Positions 54,227 through 64,000 of a stretch of 64,000 nucleotides of DNA are shown here, piece by piece. Numbering within the stretch: the stretch's first letter is position 1; every line of letters begins with the position of its first letter. The notes beneath the pieces are model-generated. The model was not told the DNA's origin. It made no database searches and was given only the letters and a program-made list of their open reading frames with translations. This DNA is from Tubulanus polymorphus (Eukaryota; Animalia; Nemertea), in the NCBI RefSeq assembly GCF_964204645.1, contig NC_134030.1, forward strand, positions 15,438,110 to 15,502,109, in the 5' to 3' direction. Position numbers and translations under genes: made by a program.

Positions 54227-55221
54227 CAGTAGTAGGATTTAGTAGGGGTATAACGACGACGAAAATTAAGACGATGGGGATTTATACGAATAAGCGTAGA
54301 TTGTGATTTAAATTTTTCGATTTTCTGTAAAATGTAGAAATTTTAATGGTTATTTTTGTATTTCAAAAAATGAATAAATAAAAACTTTAAAAAAGTCATA
54401 GTAATATACATAAAACATAATCTTATTCTTACATATCATTCGTTGGACATTTTATTTCTCTCTGAGGAACTCTAGGTATAACCCACCTATTAAGAAAATC
54501 CGGTGTTTACCCGCACTATCGGGAATGACGGATTCATTTAAAGTCGTGTTTCACACGGATAAAAGAATGACAATGAGGATCATATTCATTGGAAGAAATA
54601 ACGGAGTTTAATATAGTAGAAAATTGATATTAGATATTTATTTCGAGTGTAAAATTTCAAAAAATCGATTTTCTCTAAAATGTAAAAAAAAGTTAATGTT
54701 AATTTATGTACAAACAAATATTTCAATTTCTAAATCATAAAGAAAAAACATTTTATGTAAAACGTTATTCTTCCTCTCTGGTTATTGGTAGTAGGGAAAT
54801 ATGATGACAAAAAAACAAAACGAAGATTCGATTTATGTAAATAGAAGTAGTAAAAAGTGATAGTAGATATTTATTTCGAGTGTAAATTTTAAAAAAATCA
54901 ATTTTCTGTAAAGTGTAAAAATGGTAATGTTAATTTATGTATATACAAACATTTCAATTTCTAAATAATATAATAAAATGCGATTATTATCATTATACCG
55001 TTATGTACATACGATTATTTTAATTTCTAAATTATATAAGAAACTTTAATTATTATCATTATTATTATTATTATTCCGTTATTCAACGAATGTTTGCGGG
55101 TATAAAAAATGAAATAAACGTCAAATAAATAAATAAATAAATAAAAAGGTTAAAATGACGGAATTAATATAAACGCGTATATAGATATTCTTATTCGGAC
55201 GGTAATATTGGGATTATGCGG

Positions 55222-58200
55222 TTAATACCCGTACGGTAGTGTTCTATGATTGTCCAAAAACGCTCTTTTCGTGTAAACGATACGATATCGTTTCCTTTCT
55301 ATTGCGGACCTGACTATATAGTTTTTAGTATCGCGTTGGATAGCCGAAGGGTTGATCACGGTAATAGGATCGTCGTCGTTGTTTCTGCCGGACACTACGA
55401 TGTCGCGCATAGAGTCGAAATTGATCAATTGCGAATTCCGAAAGTTTAAACATATACCTTTGACTTTACAAACGGTTTTCTCCGTGTTGTATTTGGTCGA
55501 TTTTACTTTATACGCGTAGTTCTTCGCTCCTCCCGACACGAATTCCGTGATGTAAGATCCTACACCGTAATCACCCTCTAATTCGTCGGTCATGTCGCCT
55601 AGGAAAATCCCGGTCGGCGGGTCGTACATTCCGGGTTTGGCGATATAGATAACCGAGTCTGTGTCCATGTAAAGAACGCGACTATCCAACGGTTCGATAT
55701 AAGAATACAGCTTCAGCCGAGCGTGAGCGGTAGTGAACGCGGCCAACACTACGTTCGATTTCGAGTCCGGGGTAACGAATTCGCGCGTGTTTTTGAACTG
55801 CACCTTCAACAGTTCCTCATTGAGGATAATAACGTCCGATACTTCGACGTCGTCCGACAGAAGCATGTCGTTGAGTTCGAACGGTTCCGATACGAATTTC
55901 GTTTGGGTCTTATTAGGTTTGATACCCAAACGACCCCACATCGAGTTCAAACATAGCTTACTGACGGCACGCAATCCCGGGTTGAAGCAGACTTTTTCAC
56001 ATTCGATCTCGACGCCCTCGCGATCTTTGTACGCTTTTACGAAGCGGGACTTATCTGCGTCGGTTTTAACGTTTTCCGGCCAGCCGTTCGCTTCGACTTT
56101 GATTTTTAAAAACTTGTCTATATATTGCGCGAACAGACCGGTCTCTCTCTCTTCCCAATGCCACACTTCGTTGACTCGCACGATTCGATAGCCCCGTCTA
56201 ATCGCGGCCATCAACTCGACGGTTACCCAAGTGCCGGTGATACACCGTTCTTCGTCCGCGTGCCGACATCGTTCGTGCTGTTGCATCGTGTCGCAACAGG
56301 TTCGACACAACGGAAACGTCAGCTTCGAATCCGGCGAACGATACGGCAACACCGGCAAAAACAATTCTCTCGGCGGCAGAACGACGCATTTGACGATACC
56401 GTAATAGTCGGATATCGCTTTAAAGTTCTCCGTCACGATGATAGGATGTCCGATCGGATAACTGCAGTGTTTATTGACGAACGGGTACAGAGAACAAATG
56501 TCTATATATTTGATACGCTCATCGTTTTCGACAACGTGGTGAAGCTTGATAGCGTTGGTACGACCCCCGAAAAATGCATCTCGAGGGTCGATACCGTCCA
56601 CGATGTCCGTATTACCGACGACAAACTCCCTAAACCCGACGTCGTTGGCCAACATTTCGATATACGCGTGTTCCCACAACGTTACGACGGTGTAGCCTCG
56701 CGATCGAAGAAAGTCCGTTTTTTGATTCGTCGATTGATAAAGTTCTTCCATGGTTCGACCGCAAACCGGGTTGACGGTTTCGCGTTTATAACAACGAACG
56801 CAACCATGGTAGAAACAGCCGTTAAATTCGTAGACCGTGTTCGTTTATCTGTCGAAACCGTCGCATCTGTACGGACCTATGCGTACTTCGCCGCCGTTCA
56901 AGGCGTGTTCTAATCGTACGTTCTCCGTTTCGGCGACGAATTTCAACCAACGGGCGGCCATCTTCGACGTCTTATCCCCGCGCCGGTATCCTCCGATCGG
57001 GATCAAACCTATTTTATTAGGTTGCAGGAATGACCGCCGTAACGCTTCGTTGCACGCGGATGCTATCGTCGCGCAGTTTTCGTACGGGTCGACGTTGGTA
57101 ATCGAAAAAAACAGTTCTTGAAACTCGACGACCGACCTATGCAAAATATCGACGTCCGATCGACAGTACTCGTCGAGTTCCGTCGCCATGCGGAAACGTT
57201 TCCCCGTATTTTCTATATACCAGGTCGTAAAGTTCTGCCTTTCTTTTACGTCCATACCGTCCGGGTTGTAGAACCGCGCGTCTGGTAACGGTCCGTCGTA
57301 GTCCATGTTTTCTGGCCTACAAAACACGTAAGGGAAGTAACCTTTTTTCAGTTCTTTGAACCCGAGCGTCTTCGGTAATTTAGCCAACTTCATCGGTAAG
57401 AAGCTAAACGAGTCCACGAATGTCATTTCGAGATGTTCGACTCTCATCGACAGAATCTTACCGCCGACCGGTATAATCGACGGGATTATCCCGTTCTTGA
57501 TCAGGTATTGTAATACGAAAATACCGTCAAACGCCTTAAAGTTATGGGCGAATACGGTCGCCCCGCGATGAGTTTCCGTAAAAACCCATCGGCAAAACTC
57601 GTCCAGCGTTTTACATCGGAACATATTTCGCCCGCCGCATTCTTCGCACTCGCTAATTTCGGTGATACGATCGTGTTTGCATTTGTAGCAAAAACGATAC
57701 GCCACGCAGTACGCCACGGTATGTACCGACGACGAGAAGTCCGTCTCAAAATCGAAAACTATCGTTTTCTTGGTAACCGTCGAATTGATCTTCTTCGATT
57801 TAAAATGGGGTGCGAGACCCGCCGATTCATTTTCATTCGTCGCCGTGCGATCAACCGAACCTGTCTTAATATAACAATCGTGGTTGATCGGTTTATAATC
57901 TTTACACGGTTTACAGTATCGTTCGCCGCAGTGATGCGCGTTTATTTTCTTCCGATCGACGATCTTGGAACACGAGTTACACCGCATCTGAGTCTGGCAC
58001 ACCGACTTGCCGCTGATAGCGCTGACGACCGAGTGTCGGTTATAACAGTCTTCGTTGTAGAAAAATATGCCGCATCGGTCGCAACGGAGACTCAGCGCGG
58101 TGAACTCGCATTTCGGTGTATGTCGACATACTTTGCACACGTCTTCGCACGGATGCGCTAATCGCGACGAATACCCCTTATCGCACCGGTAACAGTAGTA

Positions 58201-59212
58201 GGATCGGGCCACGAACCCCGTAATCGACGTGATAACGTCGAAATGTTCGTTCGAAAATAACAGATTTATATAACGTTCATTTCTACCGCAGACTTTAGAT
58301 TGATACAGTTTATGTCGGCGTTGATCGTCACCGGTAAAAACAGTCACCAAATAACGATCGTCTAACACGTTTTCGACGATCTTCTTAAGATCTTCGATGC
58401 CGCACATTCGCATCGGTATATCTACGGTTCTATGCAGATTTTCGGCCTCGAATCGTTGCTTATAACTTTCTTTATTACGAATTTCCGCGTATTCCGGGGC
58501 ATTATCGGCGAGCGCTTTTGCAACGACGAACGCTCGCGCTAAACATAAATTATCGTCGTTAGCGATTTCTAAGACCGATGTCTTACGCGTTTTGAATTCA
58601 TCGAGTTTCAACGCGGTCGACCTTTTCTTGAAGGCCCCGCCGAGAATTTGTCTTATTACGACGCAATGTATCGTCATCGACGATAACGGTAAGAATTCGT
58701 GACTTTGCATCACCCGTTCAATGGCCGCCAGTAAAAAATCAACAGTCAATCGCTCGTAAGGAATAAAGCATAGATTTATATTGTTGGCCAATGACGGGTG
58801 ATGTATCGATAACCGGATAAAATCACGAGGGTTTACGTCGAGTCGATTGCCGATACCGTCGAGTACGTTTTCGAATGTCCGGTGTATTAGTCGCAACGCG
58901 TCGACGGATGCGTCATTTCGTTCTTCGTCGTCGATTGTTATTTCGTACCGAGTGCCGGTCGTCTTAAATTTTCGGCTATATTGCTCGCGGATCTAAAATT
59001 ATAAACGAATTTGCTGTATGAAAAATAGAGCATTATTAAATAGGTTATCGTCCTGTTTTTGCGTTAGAAAAAATAATGGTTGTTTCAGTACTCACTTCGC
59101 GAAAGCGTACGTTTTGTACGGTAAACTCTGACGATTGCGGTTGTTGTTGCTCGTGGGCGAACGATGGATCGCGAGAGGGTCCCGGTTGCGGCATACACCG
59201 CCGCTCATCCTC

Positions 59213-59245
<33 letters not shown>

Positions 59246-59582
59246 TCTTCGAGATACGGGGTGGGACGAGTACCCCGGATCGCGAGAAGGACCCGGTTGC
59301 GGAGTTCCTCCTCCTCCGATGCCGTCGTAAACGTCCCCGTCTATTGCCTTCAAAATGTCATCGATCGTGTCCGGATCGATTTCGACGATATCGGCGGGTT
59401 GTACTGGCGGCGGGGTCGGCAAAATGTCGACTTCCCGCATAGCTCGTTCGAGCAAATCCGGCTGGGGTAGAATCGGTACAATCGGTCGCTCGACCATCGC
59501 CGGACGGGTATTCACCGAGATCGGTTGCAACACGTTTTGGCGATGGACAGTGCGATAGTGACGCTTCAGGCAGTCCAGCCGG
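55222..59582 (-). pseudogene. Protein-primed DNA polymerase B with an intron (58993-59095), one in-frame TAA (56845-56847) and a truncated N-terminus
   Basis: vOTU-like NLCLARA...HFD, Cys-rich Zn region, exonuclease VFDFET / AHNFKAFDG / YCRSDV, VSR-like VYEFNGCFYHGC insert, DICSLYP, KLCLNSMWG, YMDTDS, KVKGI, TLPYGY. Confidence 0.95.
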
Positions 59583-60154
59583 ATGCTAAGACCTTAAAAG
59601 ATACTACGGCTAAATATTCTATGACTAGGACGGAGATTAATTCTTTAAACATTCCGCAAGGTCATCGCACGATAGTCAAAGATTCAGTTATTCTAGGCGA
59701 AATGCCTAAATCGTTAATCGTTTGTTTAGTTAGGGACGAGGCTCTTTCGGGAAACTATAAACTAAACCCGTATTGTTTTTACGATTATACCTTGAATTAC
59801 GTCGGAATTACGATAAACAACAAACACGTTCAAAATTCCCCTTTACTGATCGACAGCGAATCGGACGCCGTCGAGGCGTATCACGGACTTATGATTGCCA
59901 ACGGTCGATTGTACAAAAATTCGAGTTTCGGTATCAGTAGAGAGGAATTTAAAGACGAAAACTTTCTATGTTATTTCAATTTAACGCCAGAATTCGGCGA
60001 CCAACCGCATTTATCATTAATTAAAAGAGGGTCGCTAAAGATCGAGTTACGTTTCGATAAAGCATTACCTCACAGTACAAACTTGATTTTGTACGCCTGT
60101 TACGACGAAACTATCGAAATCGACAAAAATCGTATGGTCATTATAGATTATTGA
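59583..60154 (+). pseudogene. Polinton major capsid protein, C-terminal fragment
   Basis: AKTLKDTTAKYSMTRTE, GNYKLNPYCF, ISREEF, FNLTP, GSLKIELRFDKAL, IEIDKNRMVIIDY. Confidence 0.9.
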
Positions 60155-60161
60155 TCTAGCG

Positions 60162-60635
60162 ATGTTGTCTAGTATAGATATCGATAACTTTACCTGGAAA
60201 GATGGATGTATGATGCCTAGTTTTAGAGGTGTATTCGCTAGCGACACGATTCCCGAAATTGATTCCGTACCGTACGGTATTATCGTGAATAATCAAAAAC
60301 ATTTTCAACCCGGCCAACATTGGTTGAGTATTCATATATTCGAACAGAAAAAGACTCGGAAAATTACCGGTGTATTTTTCGATTCATTCGGATTCGACCC
60401 TGGTCGTTATAGCGAAGACATTTTGAAGTTTATGGAGGATAATTGCGATACGTGGTATTATAATACGATTCAATATCAAAATATGAATTCTACGGCTTGC
60501 GGATACTACGCCTTATTCACTCAGATTTTGTTCAGTCACGGCTATTCGAGATCTTTTTTAAGTAAAATGCTTTCGGGGTGTGACAATGATGCGTACGTTA
60601 CGAATTTTGTAAATGACTATTTCAAATACGTTTAA
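60162..60635 (+). CDS. Adenain-like (adenovirus-type) capsid maturation cysteine protease
   Basis: FRGVFASD, PGQHWL, FFDSFG, YQNMNSTACGYY catalytic motifs; directly after MCP. Confidence 0.92.
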   Translation: MLSSIDIDNFTWKDGCMMPSFRGVFASDTIPEIDSVPYGIIVNNQKHFQPGQHWLSIHIFEQKKTRKITGVFFDSFGFDPGRYSEDILKFMEDNCDTWYYNTIQYQNMNSTACGYYALFTQILFSHGYSRSFLSKMLSGCDNDAYVTNFVNDYFKYV

Positions 60636-61067
60636 AATAGACGAATAAAATCTCATTGAAATAAAACAAAACATATTTCATTTTTTTCTTACCTCGGTCT
60701 TGCGAATCGTTGCTCCCAGAACTGTATCCTCGCGGTTGTTGGTTTTCCATTATGTCGTGATGAAAATTTGCGCGTTGTAAACTGGTACTTGAACGTAATG
60801 TCGTCGTCGTTGTTATCGTTCGAATCGTATCGAATAATAATATTTTTTCCTCATTAAATTTGGTATATATAATCGGTTAAGCGTTTGTTTGGGCCATAAT
60901 TAGTGCTTTATTAACGGTAGCGGTGGCGGTGGTGGTGGTTGTGATGCTCATCCTAATCCGACTTACATTCCGTTACGATTCATCGCTAATCTCAAACAAA
61001 CAAACAAATAGCAAAGACAATACTTCGATTTGAAAGGATGTAAATTGGTTTATTTTATTTTTCGAAT

Positions 61068-61727
61068 TTATCTCAAACACGCAATACTTTTACATCTAGG
61101 ACATGCGGGAACGTGTTTTGAAGCTAAAAAATCGTTCATACACGCAGCGTGCGTTGCCACTCCGCAGTATTCGTCGTCGTATGTCGAATTTCCATATTCA
61201 CGATGTTCGTTTGCAATCGTATTGCAAAGGAAACAAACGCCTAAGCCGCAAACACCGCAAAAATCCGATCTTTCGCTACAACCGTTACAAATATGGCTTG
61301 AACAGCAAACGGTGATTTTGTCACCAGTTTCACCGCAGTCGTTTCGTCGACATTGTCGTGCCCATATCGGTTTCCGGTCAGACCATTGAAAATCGGTCAT
61401 CTCGTAATCGAACTGACAAACCGGACATCTAGTCTTACCGGATACGTAGTTCAAACAACAATACGCCTTACAGCACCCCAATATCATCCTCGGAATATCC
61501 AAAACGTTTATCTCGTTCGGAAAATCAATTTTAAATAACGTATCTTCTACTGCGGCGTCGCACGATGAACAATAGTTTATTCCGTAGGCATCTCCTCGGA
61601 TATAGAATTTACCGCATTTAAACACCTCGTCCAGGTCCATATACCAGTCGTGCGGTTTCGTGTCCTGTCGTAAACCCCTATAGTATTTACAGATGAGGTA
61701 TGATTTGAAGTCTTTATAGACGGCCAT
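61068..61727 (-). CDS. Cys-rich protein with a C-terminal RING-like domain
   Basis: Intact 219-aa ORF; CFLC...CGVATHAAC...CPRC at the C-terminus and several CxxC pairs. Confidence 0.7.
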   Translation of the reverse strand: MAVYKDFKSYLICKYYRGLRQDTKPHDWYMDLDEVFKCGKFYIRGDAYGINYCSSCDAAVEDTLFKIDFPNEINVLDIPRMILGCCKAYCCLNYVSGKTRCPVCQFDYEMTDFQWSDRKPIWARQCRRNDCGETGDKITVCCSSHICNGCSERSDFCGVCGLGVCFLCNTIANEHREYGNSTYDDEYCGVATHAACMNDFLASKHVPACPRCKSIACLR

Positions 61728-62034
61728 TTTCTAGTTGTCGATTCGAATGAATACAGGAAACGATTTGTAAATTGTGTCCAACGAGGTACGTTTATATCTT
61801 ATTTTGCTACCACGTTTGAGAAGTAGTTATAATTATTGAGGAAACGTTTGAATACCGGGATGTTAGAGTCGTTTTATAACTCCCCCACTTAATTATCGAT
61901 TGCCTCGAAAAACGATTGTTATAATATCATGATCGCGAACAATAGAACTATATAATCGAACAAACTAAAACGAACGCAGCGTGTGATCACAGAATAGAAA
62001 AAGTTTTATTATTCGATTTACACTCTCGTCTACA

Positions 62035-62740
62035 TCAGCGTTGACAATAACCGCATCTATATTCCTGGTTAGCGTGATCATCGTAGAATTTGCAAGGTCC
62101 CATTTTATCTAGCTCGGGTAGTATTTTTGTTAAGGGTAACTTTTTAAAACGTCTCCATTGTAGAATGTTGAAACCAATTTTACAAGCGTTTTGATTCTTC
62201 CGTAAGACATCGTTTTTTGAATCGAAATTCCTGAGATCTATACATACACGGTCATAAAGCGAATTGTGATATACGTCCACGTACGTCGTACGCCCTAAAT
62301 GTTTCGAAAATCTATGCATGTTATCACGCGTTATTCTTTTAATTTGTTCGTCGATTGTCTCAACGCATGCCATTAGGTGAACGTATTCTTGAAGATCCAA
62401 CACGATTCCGCACCGGGTAGGAATAAACGTTCTCGATTTCATAGAACATTCGAAAAGTCTTATGTCTATTCGGTCGTAATCACGCCTTTCGTCATTCACC
62501 GTAACATACGTAAGACCACCGATATGGAATATTTTCACCCCCATTCGTCCGTTATTTCCTGAAAATGATTAGAAAAAAGAAAAAATATATACAAGTCATG
62601 TTACTAACATCGTAAATCAATAAAAAGAAAAAAAACAAAAACAAAAAACAACTACCTTGGTCATCATCATCGTCATCATCGTCATCATCATCGCTTCTTT
62701 TACGTTTTCCTGAAACCATACAGTCGTTAGTATGGTCCAT
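62035..62740 (-). CDS. Second PC4-like protein, two exons (intron 62559-62655)
   Basis: RIDIRLF...PTRCGIVL, HLGR, CIDLR, C-x-FYDDH...YRCxYC shared with the left paralog. A phase-1 GT-AG intron joins an upstream KRKR/poly-Asp exon in frame. Confidence 0.85.
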
Positions 62741-62865
62741 TACGATTACCGAATACGAAATCACCGCAGCAGCAGCAAAGAATGAATACCCTTAATTACA
62801 ACGCCTCTAATTACAATAACCGAATGGCCTTACCTTTTACTTAATTGCTACCACCACCACTAAGG

Positions 62866-63096
62866 ATTAACTTAATTGCCACCGCTAGGGATTAACTTAA
62901 TTGCCACCGCTAGGATTAACTTAATTGCCACCGCTAAGGATTAACTTAATTGCCACCGCTAAGGATTAACGGTACACCACCACCCGCTGTGTTCATTGTT
63001 ATCAGAGGGATTAACGGCTTAATTACGGCAATTACACCACCACCACACCGCCACCACCGTGTTCACTCAACCATGGGTGCCACAACACATACTACT
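62866..63096 (-). repeat. Right TIR
   Basis: Reverse complement of 53059-53290. Confidence 0.95.
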
Positions 63097-64000
63097 GCTG
63101 TTCAGACGTATCACCGCAGCCAATGAATTCAATTTCTGGAAACTCATCCCCATTCTTCTTTAACGCGCGGTTTCCAGATACGAAGAGGAATGTTTTTTTG
63201 CGTGCATCGTCATATTCTAGTGCCCAAGACATGTCGTGGATAAAGTAGATATTTTCAAGTAAGATAAGTGATTTTGCTGTAAAGCTAGTACCGAAGTGGC
63301 TACGAATTAGGTTAGAGCTGATCTTTTATACCGCTTAATATATTGTAACATGTGAAAAAAATTATACGTTCATCAATCATGTCAGGTATGGACAGTTTCC
63401 ACGAATGATAGCAACGGAAAACACATCTAATATATACTGAACGAATGATTAATTGCGTGCTAACTGAGAAGTTGCTTAGAACTGATCTACAGAAATATAA
63501 ACATTTTCAATTGATGATCAGCCGACGGAGTATCAACGGGTGTTGTCAAGGTTTACACCTGCTGGCGATGTAGGAAGCTATGTAATTAGTTCTAATGATT
63601 TGACAAACCCCGAAAATTGCCCAGCAGTATTTTTTCTCCTTTGATGAAAATGACCACTAAGCTTTAACATTGTAAAAAGTATGCCAAAAATGACACCCGC
63701 AAGTGTATATTAAAAAATTCATCTTTTACTTGTGATCAGCAGAACAAGATTGATACAGTAAGTGGATTACCGAAAACTTAGTATGTGGTGGCGTGGTCTA
63801 GCAGCAGCCTTGCTGGAGAAGCAATCAGCGAATCATTGTTTAATCGTCAATCAATAATCTAAAGATTACTCTCTACACTTAATGTTCTTTGCAAAAATAT
63901 CAAGGACCCAGCAGTTAATCTTTTTTTTCACATTGAAAATAAAAAAGGTACCGTGATCTGTTCGTGACTTTTCCAGCGAGCTGTCTCGAATAAAAGGAGC

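Larger units (their letters stand above)
53059..63096. mobile_element. Polinton/Maverick with intact ends, internally deleted (non-autonomous)
   Basis: Starts AGTAGT and ends ACTACT; near-identical ~230-bp TIRs; perfect 6-bp TSD GCTGTT (53053-53058, 63097-63102); pPolB, MCP fragment and adenain-like protease inside. Confidence 0.97.

Noticed and set aside
56845-56847. Programmed read-through or a two-gene split of pPolB
   Set aside because: The single TAA falls inside the VSR-like domain; a nonsense mutation or sequencing error is simpler.
55246-58161. Plus-strand ORFs overlapping pPolB (and similar antisense ORFs over gag-pol and the LINE)
   Set aside because: Shadow ORFs of real coding strands with no recognisable motifs.
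59525-59582. N-terminus MQHVLAMDS... of the MCP ORF
   Set aside because: It is antisense to the C2H2-containing exon across the deletion junction.

Overview
Eukaryotic (invertebrate-like metazoan; taxon not determinable) repeat-dense DNA made almost entirely of nested mobile elements. In order: (1) a degenerate Ty3/Gypsy LTR retrotransposon on the minus strand (1-~8583) with an integrase chromodomain and a tRNA-Phe-type PBS. Unusually, about 2 kb between its PBS and gag holds three accessory ORFs (two CxxC/EPLWxSNP paralogs and one protein with three PLDLS CtBP-type motifs) and an array of tRNA T-arm/B-box hairpins with covarying stems. (2) A 3'-truncated CR1/L2-group LINE (8635-~11980). (3) Fragments of a spliced minus-strand gene with a papain-like protease exon, interrupted by a Mutator-type non-autonomous element (9-bp TSD), next to a CRE/CCAAT/YY1 promoter and four hairpins with a conserved AACNNGGC loop. 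(4) Two copies of a very AT-rich Polinton/adintovirus-like element (relic 21190-23280; larger copy 24333-36134 with penton-like, ATPase, integrase, HNH and pPolB genes); most genes start at TAAATG and the two gene blocks converge on large hairpins. (5) A Gmr1-like Gypsy fragment (INT before RT) with a 3' LTR. (6) A phase-consistent five-exon ParB/Srx-fold gene with an almost pure (TA)n intron. (7) Several MITEs. (8) A complete-ended but internally deleted Polinton/Maverick (53059-63096; ~230-bp TIRs, AGTAGT ends, 6-bp TSD GCTGTT) whose pPolB and two inverted PC4-like genes carry spliceosomal introns. All protein assignments come from motif recognition by eye; no searches were run.
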